Source: Escherichia phage vB_EcoM_PHB13
DNA: 64,000 nt
Reading direction: 5' to 3' (one strand)
Sequence record: MK573636
This document shows positions 52,928-60,569 of the stretch, one piece after another; within the stretch, counting starts at the first letter, position 1, and each line of letters begins with the position of its first letter. The notes below the pieces were generated by a model. It had not been told where the DNA came from and made no database searches. It saw only the letters and a program-made list of their open reading frames with translations. A program made the translations under genes and the position numbers.

Positions 52928-53169
52928 AAAGAAAATTAATTAAACGAAATAAGGAATTTTTGAATAACTGCATTAAGGTTGCTAATGGTTGGCCTTTGTT
53001 CCTCTTCCTTTATGATTGGTATTCTAAACAATCGGTAGAGGAAACACGACACTATAAGAAGATCAGAAAAGAATCATATACAAAACAAGGCCGCATTAAC
53101 GGACTTTACTTAATGTGGCACGGCAAAGAACCTTCTAAAATCTGTGTTGGATTAAAGGGGCGTATATGA
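52924..53169 (+). CDS. hypothetical basic protein (81 aa)
   Basis: GTG start overlapping the previous stop; its stop overlaps the next start (ATGA). Confidence 0.45.
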   Translation: MKRKLIKRNKEFLNNCIKVANGWPLFLFLYDWYSKQSVEETRHYKKIRKESYTKQGRINGLYLMWHGKEPSKICVGLKGRI

Positions 53170-53882
53170 AACAAAAATTAATATTCTGCAACTTTGACGG
53201 ATCGGGGATAATGGGGCTAGAATGGGCTAAAGCAGGTCATAAGGTGATCTGCTTTAATGCAGATGATGCCGACCACGGCACATACAAAAAGTATAATACC
53301 CGATTTGAACATCCAAACATTACATATGTAAACACATGGATTGATTTGGATTGGCTGGAAAGAGCAATGGACCTTGAATGGGGAAAACCAGATATTATCT
53401 TTGCATTCCCACCGTGCACCAATTTAGCTGTTAGTGGCGCTGCACACTTTGAACGAAAGAAACGAGAACAAGGACCATTAATTCAAGTTCATGATGTAAG
53501 GGCAGCTAAAATAACCGCTTATTTGGGCGAATGGTTAGAAGTTCCCTACATGATAGAGAATCCTGTAAGCGTTATCTCTAGCATGTGGCGTAAGCCTGAT
53601 TACATGTTCCACCCGTGGGAATATGGCGGTTATTTGCCGGAATATGATATACATCCTACGTTTCCTGAGTATATTGCCTCCCGTGATATGTACCCGAAAA
53701 AGACTTGCTTATGGACGGGACAAGGTTTTATAATGCCAGAAAAGAAACCTATACCGATTAATAAAGGGTACAGTAAACAGCATTCTAAGCTAGGCGGGAA
53801 AGGAACCAGAACAAAGACTATCAGGTCACTTACCCCGCGAGGATTCGCAAAGGCAGTATTTGAAGCCAATAAGGATCTATGA
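53166..53882 (+). CDS. cytosine-C5 methyltransferase-like catalytic core protein (238 aa)
   Basis: Motif I-like FCNFDGSGIMG, motif IV-like IIFAFPPCTNLAVSGA (Pro-Cys) and motif VI-like YMIENPVSV in DNA C5-MTase order; too short for a target-recognition domain. Confidence 0.5.
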   Translation: MKQKLIFCNFDGSGIMGLEWAKAGHKVICFNADDADHGTYKKYNTRFEHPNITYVNTWIDLDWLERAMDLEWGKPDIIFAFPPCTNLAVSGAAHFERKKREQGPLIQVHDVRAAKITAYLGEWLEVPYMIENPVSVISSMWRKPDYMFHPWEYGGYLPEYDIHPTFPEYIASRDMYPKKTCLWTGQGFIMPEKKPIPINKGYSKQHSKLGGKGTRTKTIRSLTPRGFAKAVFEANKDL

Positions 53883-54211
53883 TGGGATTGTTTAAGTATT
53901 CGCTAACGTCAAATTACGATAAACAAGGTCATTGCATCAGTTGCCCTGATTGTCGTAGCCATAACATCGAAAGCAAGATCACCGATCATATTGATGGACT
54001 TTGGTCGCCAGCAAGCGAGATAGAATACTATTGCGCTGATTGTGGAATTGTAGTAGCATATTGGGCATACGGATCATATGATCCTTACTTCCAGATGGGA
54101 GAGCGTTCAATCCCTGCTCTTATCTGGAGAATTAAGAACAATATCCGCCATTCATGGGATGAGTTCTTAAAAGATATTGATTTACGTGATGATCCATTCA
54201 GGAGACTATAA
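53879..54211 (+). CDS. zinc-ribbon protein (110 aa)
   Basis: CISCPDC ... CADCG: four-Cys zinc ribbon; start overlaps the previous stop (ATGA). Confidence 0.5.
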   Translation: MMGLFKYSLTSNYDKQGHCISCPDCRSHNIESKITDHIDGLWSPASEIEYYCADCGIVVAYWAYGSYDPYFQMGERSIPALIWRIKNNIRHSWDEFLKDIDLRDDPFRRL

Positions 54212-54212
54212 C

Positions 54213-54731
54213 ATGAACCGTTTGACGCCTAAACGCCGTTACTATACCAATACTAAAAACTTTGTCATCTCTGTTTATGAGGCGTGGTTAGAAGATGGCT
54301 ATATCAACATGAACCCAGATTACCAGCGTCCTTTGGTATGGGACACCGAAAACAAACGTATGTTTATCGAAAACCTGATTAATGATTTTCCGGTTGGTGC
54401 TATCGCAATGGCTAAGATTGATGATGGCTCTCGCTATGAGATCGAAATCGTGGACGGTAAACAGCGTTTAAACGCAATATTCTCCTTTATGAAAGATGAG
54501 TTTAGCATTGCTGGTAATGATGATTCTATGTTGTATTACAGTGATTTTACGCCAGCAGAAAAGCGACGTTTTCGCAATCTCGGACTACCCGCGATCATGA
54601 TGGAAGAGAGCACACGAGAAGATCGATTAGAATATTTCTACAAAACAAACTTTTTCGGTGTGCCTCAATCAGAAGATCATCGCCAGCATGTGATTGCATT
54701 ATTGCAAGATGAGCAATTAAAAAATAACTAA
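54213..54731 (+). CDS. DUF262 / ParB-like nuclease-domain protein (172 aa)
   Basis: NPDYQRPLVW...FIENLINDFPVGAI...EIVDGKQRLNAI matches the DUF262 hallmarks (YQR...W, DGQQR-like); ATG 54213 after GGAGA. Confidence 0.55.
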   Translation: MNRLTPKRRYYTNTKNFVISVYEAWLEDGYINMNPDYQRPLVWDTENKRMFIENLINDFPVGAIAMAKIDDGSRYEIEIVDGKQRLNAIFSFMKDEFSIAGNDDSMLYYSDFTPAEKRRFRNLGLPAIMMEESTREDRLEYFYKTNFFGVPQSEDHRQHVIALLQDEQLKNN

Positions 54732-54738
54732 AAAGTTG

Positions 54739-54768
54739 TTGACAGGGGGATCGGTGATCCCCTATAAT
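54739..54768 (+). promoter_or_regulatory. early promoter with stem-loop (PeSL-like, GGGGATC family)
   Basis: TTGACA 54739-54744, stem GGGGGATC-GGT-GATCCCC, TATAAT 54763-54768. Confidence 0.6.
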
Positions 54769-54804
54769 GCAAACATACCGAAACGAACTACTAAGGAGTA
54801 TCAA

Positions 54805-55017
54805 ATGGCTAACATCGAAATCATCATTACCGACGTAACTTATGACCGCATTAACGAAATCGGTACTGCTTTGCTAGAAGATGGAACAACTCGCACCATC
54901 AACTACGCAGAATACGTTGAAATGCGCGGTTGTATTAAACGAGTAGGAAAATATATCCTGATTGAAAAAGACTATTCAGGATACACATTAGAGCAATTGC
55001 TCGATGGTGCATTATAA
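54805..55017 (+). CDS. hypothetical protein (70 aa)
   Basis: MANIEIIITDVTYDRINEIG... after TAAGGAGTATCAA-ATG. Confidence 0.55.
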   Translation: MANIEIIITDVTYDRINEIGTALLEDGTTRTINYAEYVEMRGCIKRVGKYILIEKDYSGYTLEQLLDGAL

Positions 55018-55023
55018 TAAATT

Positions 55024-55044
55024 GGGGCGTTAAGCCCCCTTTTC
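55024..55044 (+). terminator. rho-independent terminator
   Basis: Hairpin GGGGC-GTTAA-GCCCC followed by CTTTT; same loop as the 51246 terminator. Confidence 0.55.
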
Positions 55045-55084
55045 ATAAATATAGGTTTATAGGTTATCAACTAGAGGATATAAA

Positions 55085-57136
55085 ATGTTTAACTTAGAAA
55101 TCGACGATCTAATGATTGAATCTTTCGAGAAATGGCTGTTGACGGAAGAGGAAGAAAACTTTGGCAGTATTGCTCCGGTACAGTGCTTAAAGCCTAAGCA
55201 GAATCCTAAACAGCTTTTTGCAGTACAGACACGCGATAAAGATGTGATTGTCCGTCTTTGTAACTTCACCAACAAAACACCTAAAATCATTCGTATGGGT
55301 GACAAGACCGCACATGTTGTACTGTGCGAAATGAACAAAAGCGGTCGTATTGTACAGCTTAAAAATGGTCTAGGCGATAACCCGATTGCAGTTATGGCAA
55401 GTGCTTTTGATGTGGTTATGGAAACAGCCCGTAAAGCGCAATTAGACGCTGTTATGTTCCGTTTTAACGTATCCCGCATGAAAGGTAAGACCGAACTGGT
55501 TAAGCGCGTTATAGAGCGTTTGGTGCGTCGTACACCGAAGTTTGAAGTATTCCAGCAGGAAGTAATGACCAGCAAAAAGATCGCTTTAGTTGTTGTCAAG
55601 CGTCGAGGTATGGCGATTGATAAGATTAAAGGGATTAAACTTGATGAATCCTTGTTCACTAAAGTAGAAAGTGATTTAGGTGATCGCTGGGTATCTAAAG
55701 CTACTGGCGAATCTCTGACTAAAGATGAAGCATATGCGGCTAGTCTTGTGTCAGAAGAAGAACGAAACGCGGAAGCAGAACAACGCGTAGCGGCTAAATC
55801 TCGTTTGACTAAAGAAGAAATGCTGAAAACTCAAGCGACCTATAACAGCGACTATGTGAATCATCCAGAAAAAATTAATCTTAAACCGGAAGAAGATATC
55901 ACCGAAGCAGAACCTAAGAAACAGTTTAATACTCTGATTGACCGTCAAGCCTTAGAACGTTCAACCGCCCGTTCTCTGAATGACTGGACAAGTGATATTA
56001 TCACTCGCTATGGTTTCATGCGTACTATTTTTGAAAGCGAAGCCGATGCAAAATACGCAGTAAGCGAACTGGTAAAAGTTCAGGACCAATATGATCCGTT
56101 GTCTGCGGAAGTTATCGCAGCATCAATCAAACGCTTAAAAGAAATCATGAGCGAGGAAGTATTCGAAAACAAGATCACTGCGTTGGCAATGGATCGAGTA
56201 GACCAGTCTATGCCAGCAGATGTAAAAGCTGAAATGCTGCGTAGTCATATCACACAGATTAAAACCGATGCCCTTCGTAATGTTGCCTCCGGTATGTTTG
56301 AAGCAATTGCAAGTAACATGGGTGAAATGATGGCAGATATTGATCTTGACCTACCAGGCGCGGAAGGTTTTGTGTTGAGCGAATATGCGGATGCAGCATA
56401 CATCAATATGAACAACTTCCTAACCGATCGTAAGCTGGATGAGTTCGAAGGGATCGCTGACCCAGAAGAATTGGTCAAGATGTGCGACGCACTGGATAAT
56501 GCCTTCGCTAACTATGGCGTTAAACTTGATCCGGGTACTATTCTGTATCGTGGTATGGACTTCCGGTCTCAAATGTGGGAAACTGCACGTAAGCAAAAAG
56601 CGTTTTACTTTAAAAACTATGTGAGCACTTCCCTTGCACCTAACATTTTTGGCGGCTGGAATGCAAACGTGGCTAGTGCCGTTGCTGGTGTTGATTCTAT
56701 GGCTGGCTCTCGCGGTGAAGGTGGCGCGAATGTTGCTTTCTCCATTGCTGGCGCGGAAAACATCCCTGTATTGCCAGTAGGTAACAAAGCATTTGCTTAC
56801 AAAGAATGCGAGATTTTACTTCCTCGCGGTGTTGTGTTATCCTTTGATACGGTAACTCGTGCTACGGCATCGACGGATTCACAAGAAACATATTACATTG
56901 AGGCACATATTATGAACAAAAGTGAACTGGCAGCATTACAAGAATCTGGCGAAATGATCGCGGATGGTGATGCATTCATCCGTGAAGGTGTTGTTAAACC
57001 TGCTTCTGACCTGTCTTTCTCCAGATTCATTACAGAAGCTAAAACCGAACGTAAGAAAGCAGATAAGGCAACTCTACGTCAGCTTATCGCTGATCTGGTG
57101 TCTGTAGACGCAATGCCAGATAAATTTAAAATGTAA
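55085..57136 (+). CDS. alt: Alt ADP-ribosyltransferase (683 aa)
   Basis: Length equals T4 Alt (682 aa); catalytic region LYRG...YVSTSL...ECEILLPRG (R / STS / E-x-E) and C-terminus ...PDKFKM match T4 Alt (...PLKFVM). Confidence 0.85.
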   Translation: MFNLEIDDLMIESFEKWLLTEEEENFGSIAPVQCLKPKQNPKQLFAVQTRDKDVIVRLCNFTNKTPKIIRMGDKTAHVVLCEMNKSGRIVQLKNGLGDNPIAVMASAFDVVMETARKAQLDAVMFRFNVSRMKGKTELVKRVIERLVRRTPKFEVFQQEVMTSKKIALVVVKRRGMAIDKIKGIKLDESLFTKVESDLGDRWVSKATGESLTKDEAYAASLVSEEERNAEAEQRVAAKSRLTKEEMLKTQATYNSDYVNHPEKINLKPEEDITEAEPKKQFNTLIDRQALERSTARSLNDWTSDIITRYGFMRTIFESEADAKYAVSELVKVQDQYDPLSAEVIAASIKRLKEIMSEEVFENKITALAMDRVDQSMPADVKAEMLRSHITQIKTDALRNVASGMFEAIASNMGEMMADIDLDLPGAEGFVLSEYADAAYINMNNFLTDRKLDEFEGIADPEELVKMCDALDNAFANYGVKLDPGTILYRGMDFRSQMWETARKQKAFYFKNYVSTSLAPNIFGGWNANVASAVAGVDSMAGSRGEGGANVAFSIAGAENIPVLPVGNKAFAYKECEILLPRGVVLSFDTVTRATASTDSQETYYIEAHIMNKSELAALQESGEMIADGDAFIREGVVKPASDLSFSRFITEAKTERKKADKATLRQLIADLVSVDAMPDKFKM

Positions 57137-57153
57137 TTTTTAAGAAATAATGG

Positions 57154-57194
57154 TTGACTCAAACGGGGACTAGTTTTATACTAGCCCCGTTTTC
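57154..57194 (+). promoter_or_regulatory. promoter with stem-loop that may also terminate alt transcripts
   Basis: TTGACT 57154-57159; stem GGGGACTAG...CTAGCCCC around TATACT (57177-57182), followed by GTTTTCTGTT. Confidence 0.5.
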
Positions 57195-57214
57195 TGTTAT
57201 ATGGGAGGTTTAAA

Positions 57215-58039
57215 ATGTTCAAGAAATTACAGGATTTTCGTCTTTCAGAAGAATCACGCGAATCAATGATGGAACGTATGGATAATTACATCGAAACATA
57301 TGACATTGAGGGGATTAATGGTTACATGATCACTGAGATGATCAGCGATCAGATTAACTTTGATGATTATGTGAAGGTTATCCGCTTCCTTGAGCGTGAG
57401 ACACAAGATTATGGATTTGTCAAGAAAATCATTAATGTGATGTATGAAGTACACTCCGAAGACTTTGGAGATAATGTATTCAAACATTACAAACATAACA
57501 ACATAACCCCAGCAGAATATAATGCAATCTGTGATTATGTGTCTGAACAATACGAATGGGTAAATGGTGCTCTCTTAGGGGAAGAAGACATGACCGATGA
57601 GATATCAGAGATTGTTGATTTGATGGATTGCGCCATGGATAAAACCGAAAAGTTAAACGGTACTCTTTATCGCGGTCAACATCTTGACATTCAGACAATA
57701 GAGCGTATTATTGAAGATAAGGAATTTACCTTTAAAAACTTTGTGTCAACCAGCATGACACCGATCATCTTTGGAGGCTGGCTATCAAACAGCACTAGCC
57801 TTTATTGTGAGAATCGATATGAATCCATGACCGGAAAGATGCAACATTCTTGTAATGTATCGTGGGTAATTGACGTAAAAGATCATAAAGGTTTTGTTGT
57901 TGGGTCAATTGCATGGAATCCTTGCGAATGTGAAGTAATTTTACCGCGCGGGACTTGCGTCAAGGTAAACGACGTAGTAGAATCTTTCGGTGATGAGAAT
58001 CGTAGACAATTTACAATTTTCGGTGAGGTGACTAAATGA
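57215..58039 (+). CDS. second, shorter ADP-ribosyltransferase (Alt paralogue, 274 aa)
   Basis: LYRGQ...FTFKNFVSTSMTPIIFGGW...CECEVILPRG parallels the Alt catalytic region (FYFKNYVSTSLAPNIFGGW...ECEILLPRG). Confidence 0.7.
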   Translation: MFKKLQDFRLSEESRESMMERMDNYIETYDIEGINGYMITEMISDQINFDDYVKVIRFLERETQDYGFVKKIINVMYEVHSEDFGDNVFKHYKHNNITPAEYNAICDYVSEQYEWVNGALLGEEDMTDEISEIVDLMDCAMDKTEKLNGTLYRGQHLDIQTIERIIEDKEFTFKNFVSTSMTPIIFGGWLSNSTSLYCENRYESMTGKMQHSCNVSWVIDVKDHKGFVVGSIAWNPCECEVILPRGTCVKVNDVVESFGDENRRQFTIFGEVTK

Positions 58040-58548
58040 AAATGATTAAACTGATTGGTCTTGCGGCTTTAGTGGCTATGCTTAATGGGTGCGCTGTGCA
58101 TGATCTGGCACTTGCATCTAAGAATACACACGAGTTTGTACGGTCATGTGAACGATGGCAGAAAGAGTCACGTTTTCCATTTAATAGCGTTGAAGATTGC
58201 GTGATTGACTACCTTGAAAAGAAAGACGCCTCATTACAGCGTTTAGGTCGTCAACCGGAATCAGCAGAACAGATCGCAAAGATTAAGGCAGATAAAGAAG
58301 CAGAGAAGAAACGCATTTACGAATATTATTATGGTCATGAAAATTCAATTGAAGAAATGAATCGCAAAGCAATGGAAGATGCCGACCGTCGTAGAAAATT
58401 TGGAGTATGTGTAATCGGGACGGAAGCAGCATATCAAGATGATCTTTCGGCTGCATATGAGGAAGGGGATTATGAAAAACTTCAATTGCTACAATCAAAA
58501 CAGTATCGCTATAAACTACGCAAACAATGTGATGATTTAATCAAATAA
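58036..58548 (+). CDS. putative lipoprotein (170 aa)
   Basis: Signal peptide MKMIKLIGLAALVAMLNGC with lipobox LNGC; charged mature part. Confidence 0.55.
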   Translation: MKMIKLIGLAALVAMLNGCAVHDLALASKNTHEFVRSCERWQKESRFPFNSVEDCVIDYLEKKDASLQRLGRQPESAEQIAKIKADKEAEKKRIYEYYYGHENSIEEMNRKAMEDADRRRKFGVCVIGTEAAYQDDLSAAYEEGDYEKLQLLQSKQYRYKLRKQCDDLIK

Positions 58549-58575
58549 AAGGCGGGGATTATCCCCGCCTTTCGC
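58548..58575. terminator. bidirectional terminator between convergent genes
   Basis: Hairpin GGCGGGGA-TTAT-CCCCGCC with T-runs on both strands (TTTCGCTT on +, TTTTATTTGA on -). Confidence 0.6.
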
Positions 58576-58578
58576 TTA

Positions 58579-59511
58579 TCAGAACCAGTTAGTGACAGTA
58601 TTCACCACACGCCCACCAACGCCATTTAGACGCGATAAAGCATTACCAGCAGCAGATAACCCACTATCAAGTAAATTATTGCCGAACGTGTTTGTTATTG
58701 CGTTTATTGCCTTATCCTCAATCCATTCTCGCGCGGCTTGCTCTCCTACAGCACCAGTTTGCATAGAACGATATGCGAAAGTAACATCGAATGTTGTGAT
58801 TTCGTTGTTGTTTTCATAGTTTAATTCCGGTGCACTCACACCAACAGGAACACAACCATTAAACATCATGATCGTGTGAGGAACTCCCATTCGGTTATGT
58901 AAGTTGACCTGAATATCTGCTTCAACGTCAACAGGAAGCGCACGAAGCCCTGTAACGGGGTCTTCTACTGAGTTAACCCAATCCTGCATTGCTCGATAGT
59001 TTGATGCGCTAGAGTCCATTCTAAAGCTCAATACAAGCGGATCGAAATCACGTCCGGTAATTCGAATGTTTGGCGCATTGTGGTTACGGTCCATTTCATA
59101 ATTCAATCTGTTTTCTGGAACCTTAACAGCATACACCAGAAGACCGCTTGTCTTATATGCCATATTGAACCAGTCAAGCGCATATGTACCAACATCAAAT
59201 TGCCCCAGAAGAGATTGAACTACGCGGGATGACATTGCACCTAAAAGATACTTTTTGACACCAGATGAATCAACAGCACGCCTAACACCCTGTACAGCAA
59301 GATTTGTTAATGCGTCAGTATAATCACCACGAGTAATCCCGAAATAGTCATTTAATGCATTTGGTATAATATCATATACCGCACCGCCCATACTTTCTAG
59401 GATCGCTTGTGTCTTATTACTTGGAGTGGTGGCAAATGCCACGCTGAATAAGTTAGATCGCTGAAAGTCAAGGTTAGCGGCTTGTTCGTTAAAGTCATTT
59501 AAATCAAACAT
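58579..59511 (-). CDS. 54: baseplate tail-tube initiator gp54
   Basis: 310-aa - strand ORF in the gp54 position next to alt; size close to T4 gp54 (320 aa). Confidence 0.7.
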   Translation of the reverse strand: MFDLNDFNEQAANLDFQRSNLFSVAFATTPSNKTQAILESMGGAVYDIIPNALNDYFGITRGDYTDALTNLAVQGVRRAVDSSGVKKYLLGAMSSRVVQSLLGQFDVGTYALDWFNMAYKTSGLLVYAVKVPENRLNYEMDRNHNAPNIRITGRDFDPLVLSFRMDSSASNYRAMQDWVNSVEDPVTGLRALPVDVEADIQVNLHNRMGVPHTIMMFNGCVPVGVSAPELNYENNNEITTFDVTFAYRSMQTGAVGEQAAREWIEDKAINAITNTFGNNLLDSGLSAAGNALSRLNGVGGRVVNTVTNWF

Positions 59512-60569
59512 TATGCCGCACTCCCAAATATAGTACCACGGGAAAGTGTCAAGATCTCTCTAAATGATACTTCCAGAACAAAGGTACTCGGCAAGTTAGG
59601 AGAAATAGCAAGGCCATTAAACTTACCATCAGGCGACTTGTCCAGACGTACACTTGAGATCTGAGCGGGACCAAATGCATCGCTACGCCCTTCAAACGAT
59701 GTACGCTTACCGAAGTTAGAGATCATCCATATTGTCGGGTTAGATACAGTAATTGCGTTTGATAGAAAATCGGTGATCCCTTCAAACAGAGTATCATTTC
59801 TCTTCGCTTCCTCTGGGGTGGATTTTCTCAATAGTGTATTTTTATACCACGCATCAACTTCCGCTTTTAGTTCTTTTGCGGTGCTTGAAATACCACTAGA
59901 TCCATAAGACAATTCTAAAAACGTTTCGTATATGATCAGAATATTGCGAAGGTCTTCAATACTACGTGGGGTTAAATGCCATACATAGTTTTTAGTTCGT
60001 GCGTCAGCACCCGCATACATGCTTCGTGCAGTATTATAAATCTGTTCACCGTGATCGGCAAGGTATCCACCAGTAATACTTTCGATACCACCAAAAACGG
60101 CAGTAGATGCCATATTAGAAAGAGCACCGCCTAAAGTACCACCGCCGCGAGAAATGACAGATTCACCAACATCATTAAACTTATGGCTAGCAGCGTCAAC
60201 GTCAGATTGACTACGAGGAAGAAGAATATTAGCAATTGCCTCTCGGTCAAATGCAGCATTTCTCCCACCCAAATTTAAATCAAAACCAGCGATATTAACG
60301 CTACCACCAAAACCACTAGCAACATTTTTCTTTTTCCTGAAATCACGCAACGATCCGGTAGTACGAGATGTATAATCGTATGCAGTGAATAACAGACCAT
60401 TATTATATAAGTCGTTGATATAATAACCGCTAGCATCATTACCGCTAGCACGTTCAGCGGGGAATTGAGCGGTTAATGTTTTCCCTTTATTTTTTGAGGT
60501 AAAACCAGCGGAGGTTTTAACCCCCGCTTTAAAGCTATCAACGGCATCATTGATAACACTAATTTTCAT
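59511..60569 (-). CDS. 48: baseplate tail-tube junction protein gp48
   Basis: 352-aa ORF coupled to gp54 (start/stop overlap); size close to T4 gp48 (364 aa). Confidence 0.7.
   Translation of the reverse strand: MKISVINDAVDSFKAGVKTSAGFTSKNKGKTLTAQFPAERASGNDASGYYINDLYNNGLLFTAYDYTSRTTGSLRDFRKKKNVASGFGGSVNIAGFDLNLGGRNAAFDREAIANILLPRSQSDVDAASHKFNDVGESVISRGGGTLGGALSNMASTAVFGGIESITGGYLADHGEQIYNTARSMYAGADARTKNYVWHLTPRSIEDLRNILIIYETFLELSYGSSGISSTAKELKAEVDAWYKNTLLRKSTPEEAKRNDTLFEGITDFLSNAITVSNPTIWMISNFGKRTSFEGRSDAFGPAQISSVRLDKSPDGKFNGLAISPNLPSTFVLEVSFREILTLSRGTIFGSAA

Noticed and set aside
47566-54768. Regularly spaced repeats that could suggest a CRISPR array.
   Set aside because: The repeats are promoter cassettes of variable sequence, and the intervening segments are 150-330-bp protein-coding ORFs with RBSs, not 30-40-bp spacers.
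55057-55659. - strand 200-aa ORF overlapping the alt start region.
   Set aside because: Overlaps the alt coding sequence; no RBS and no homology.
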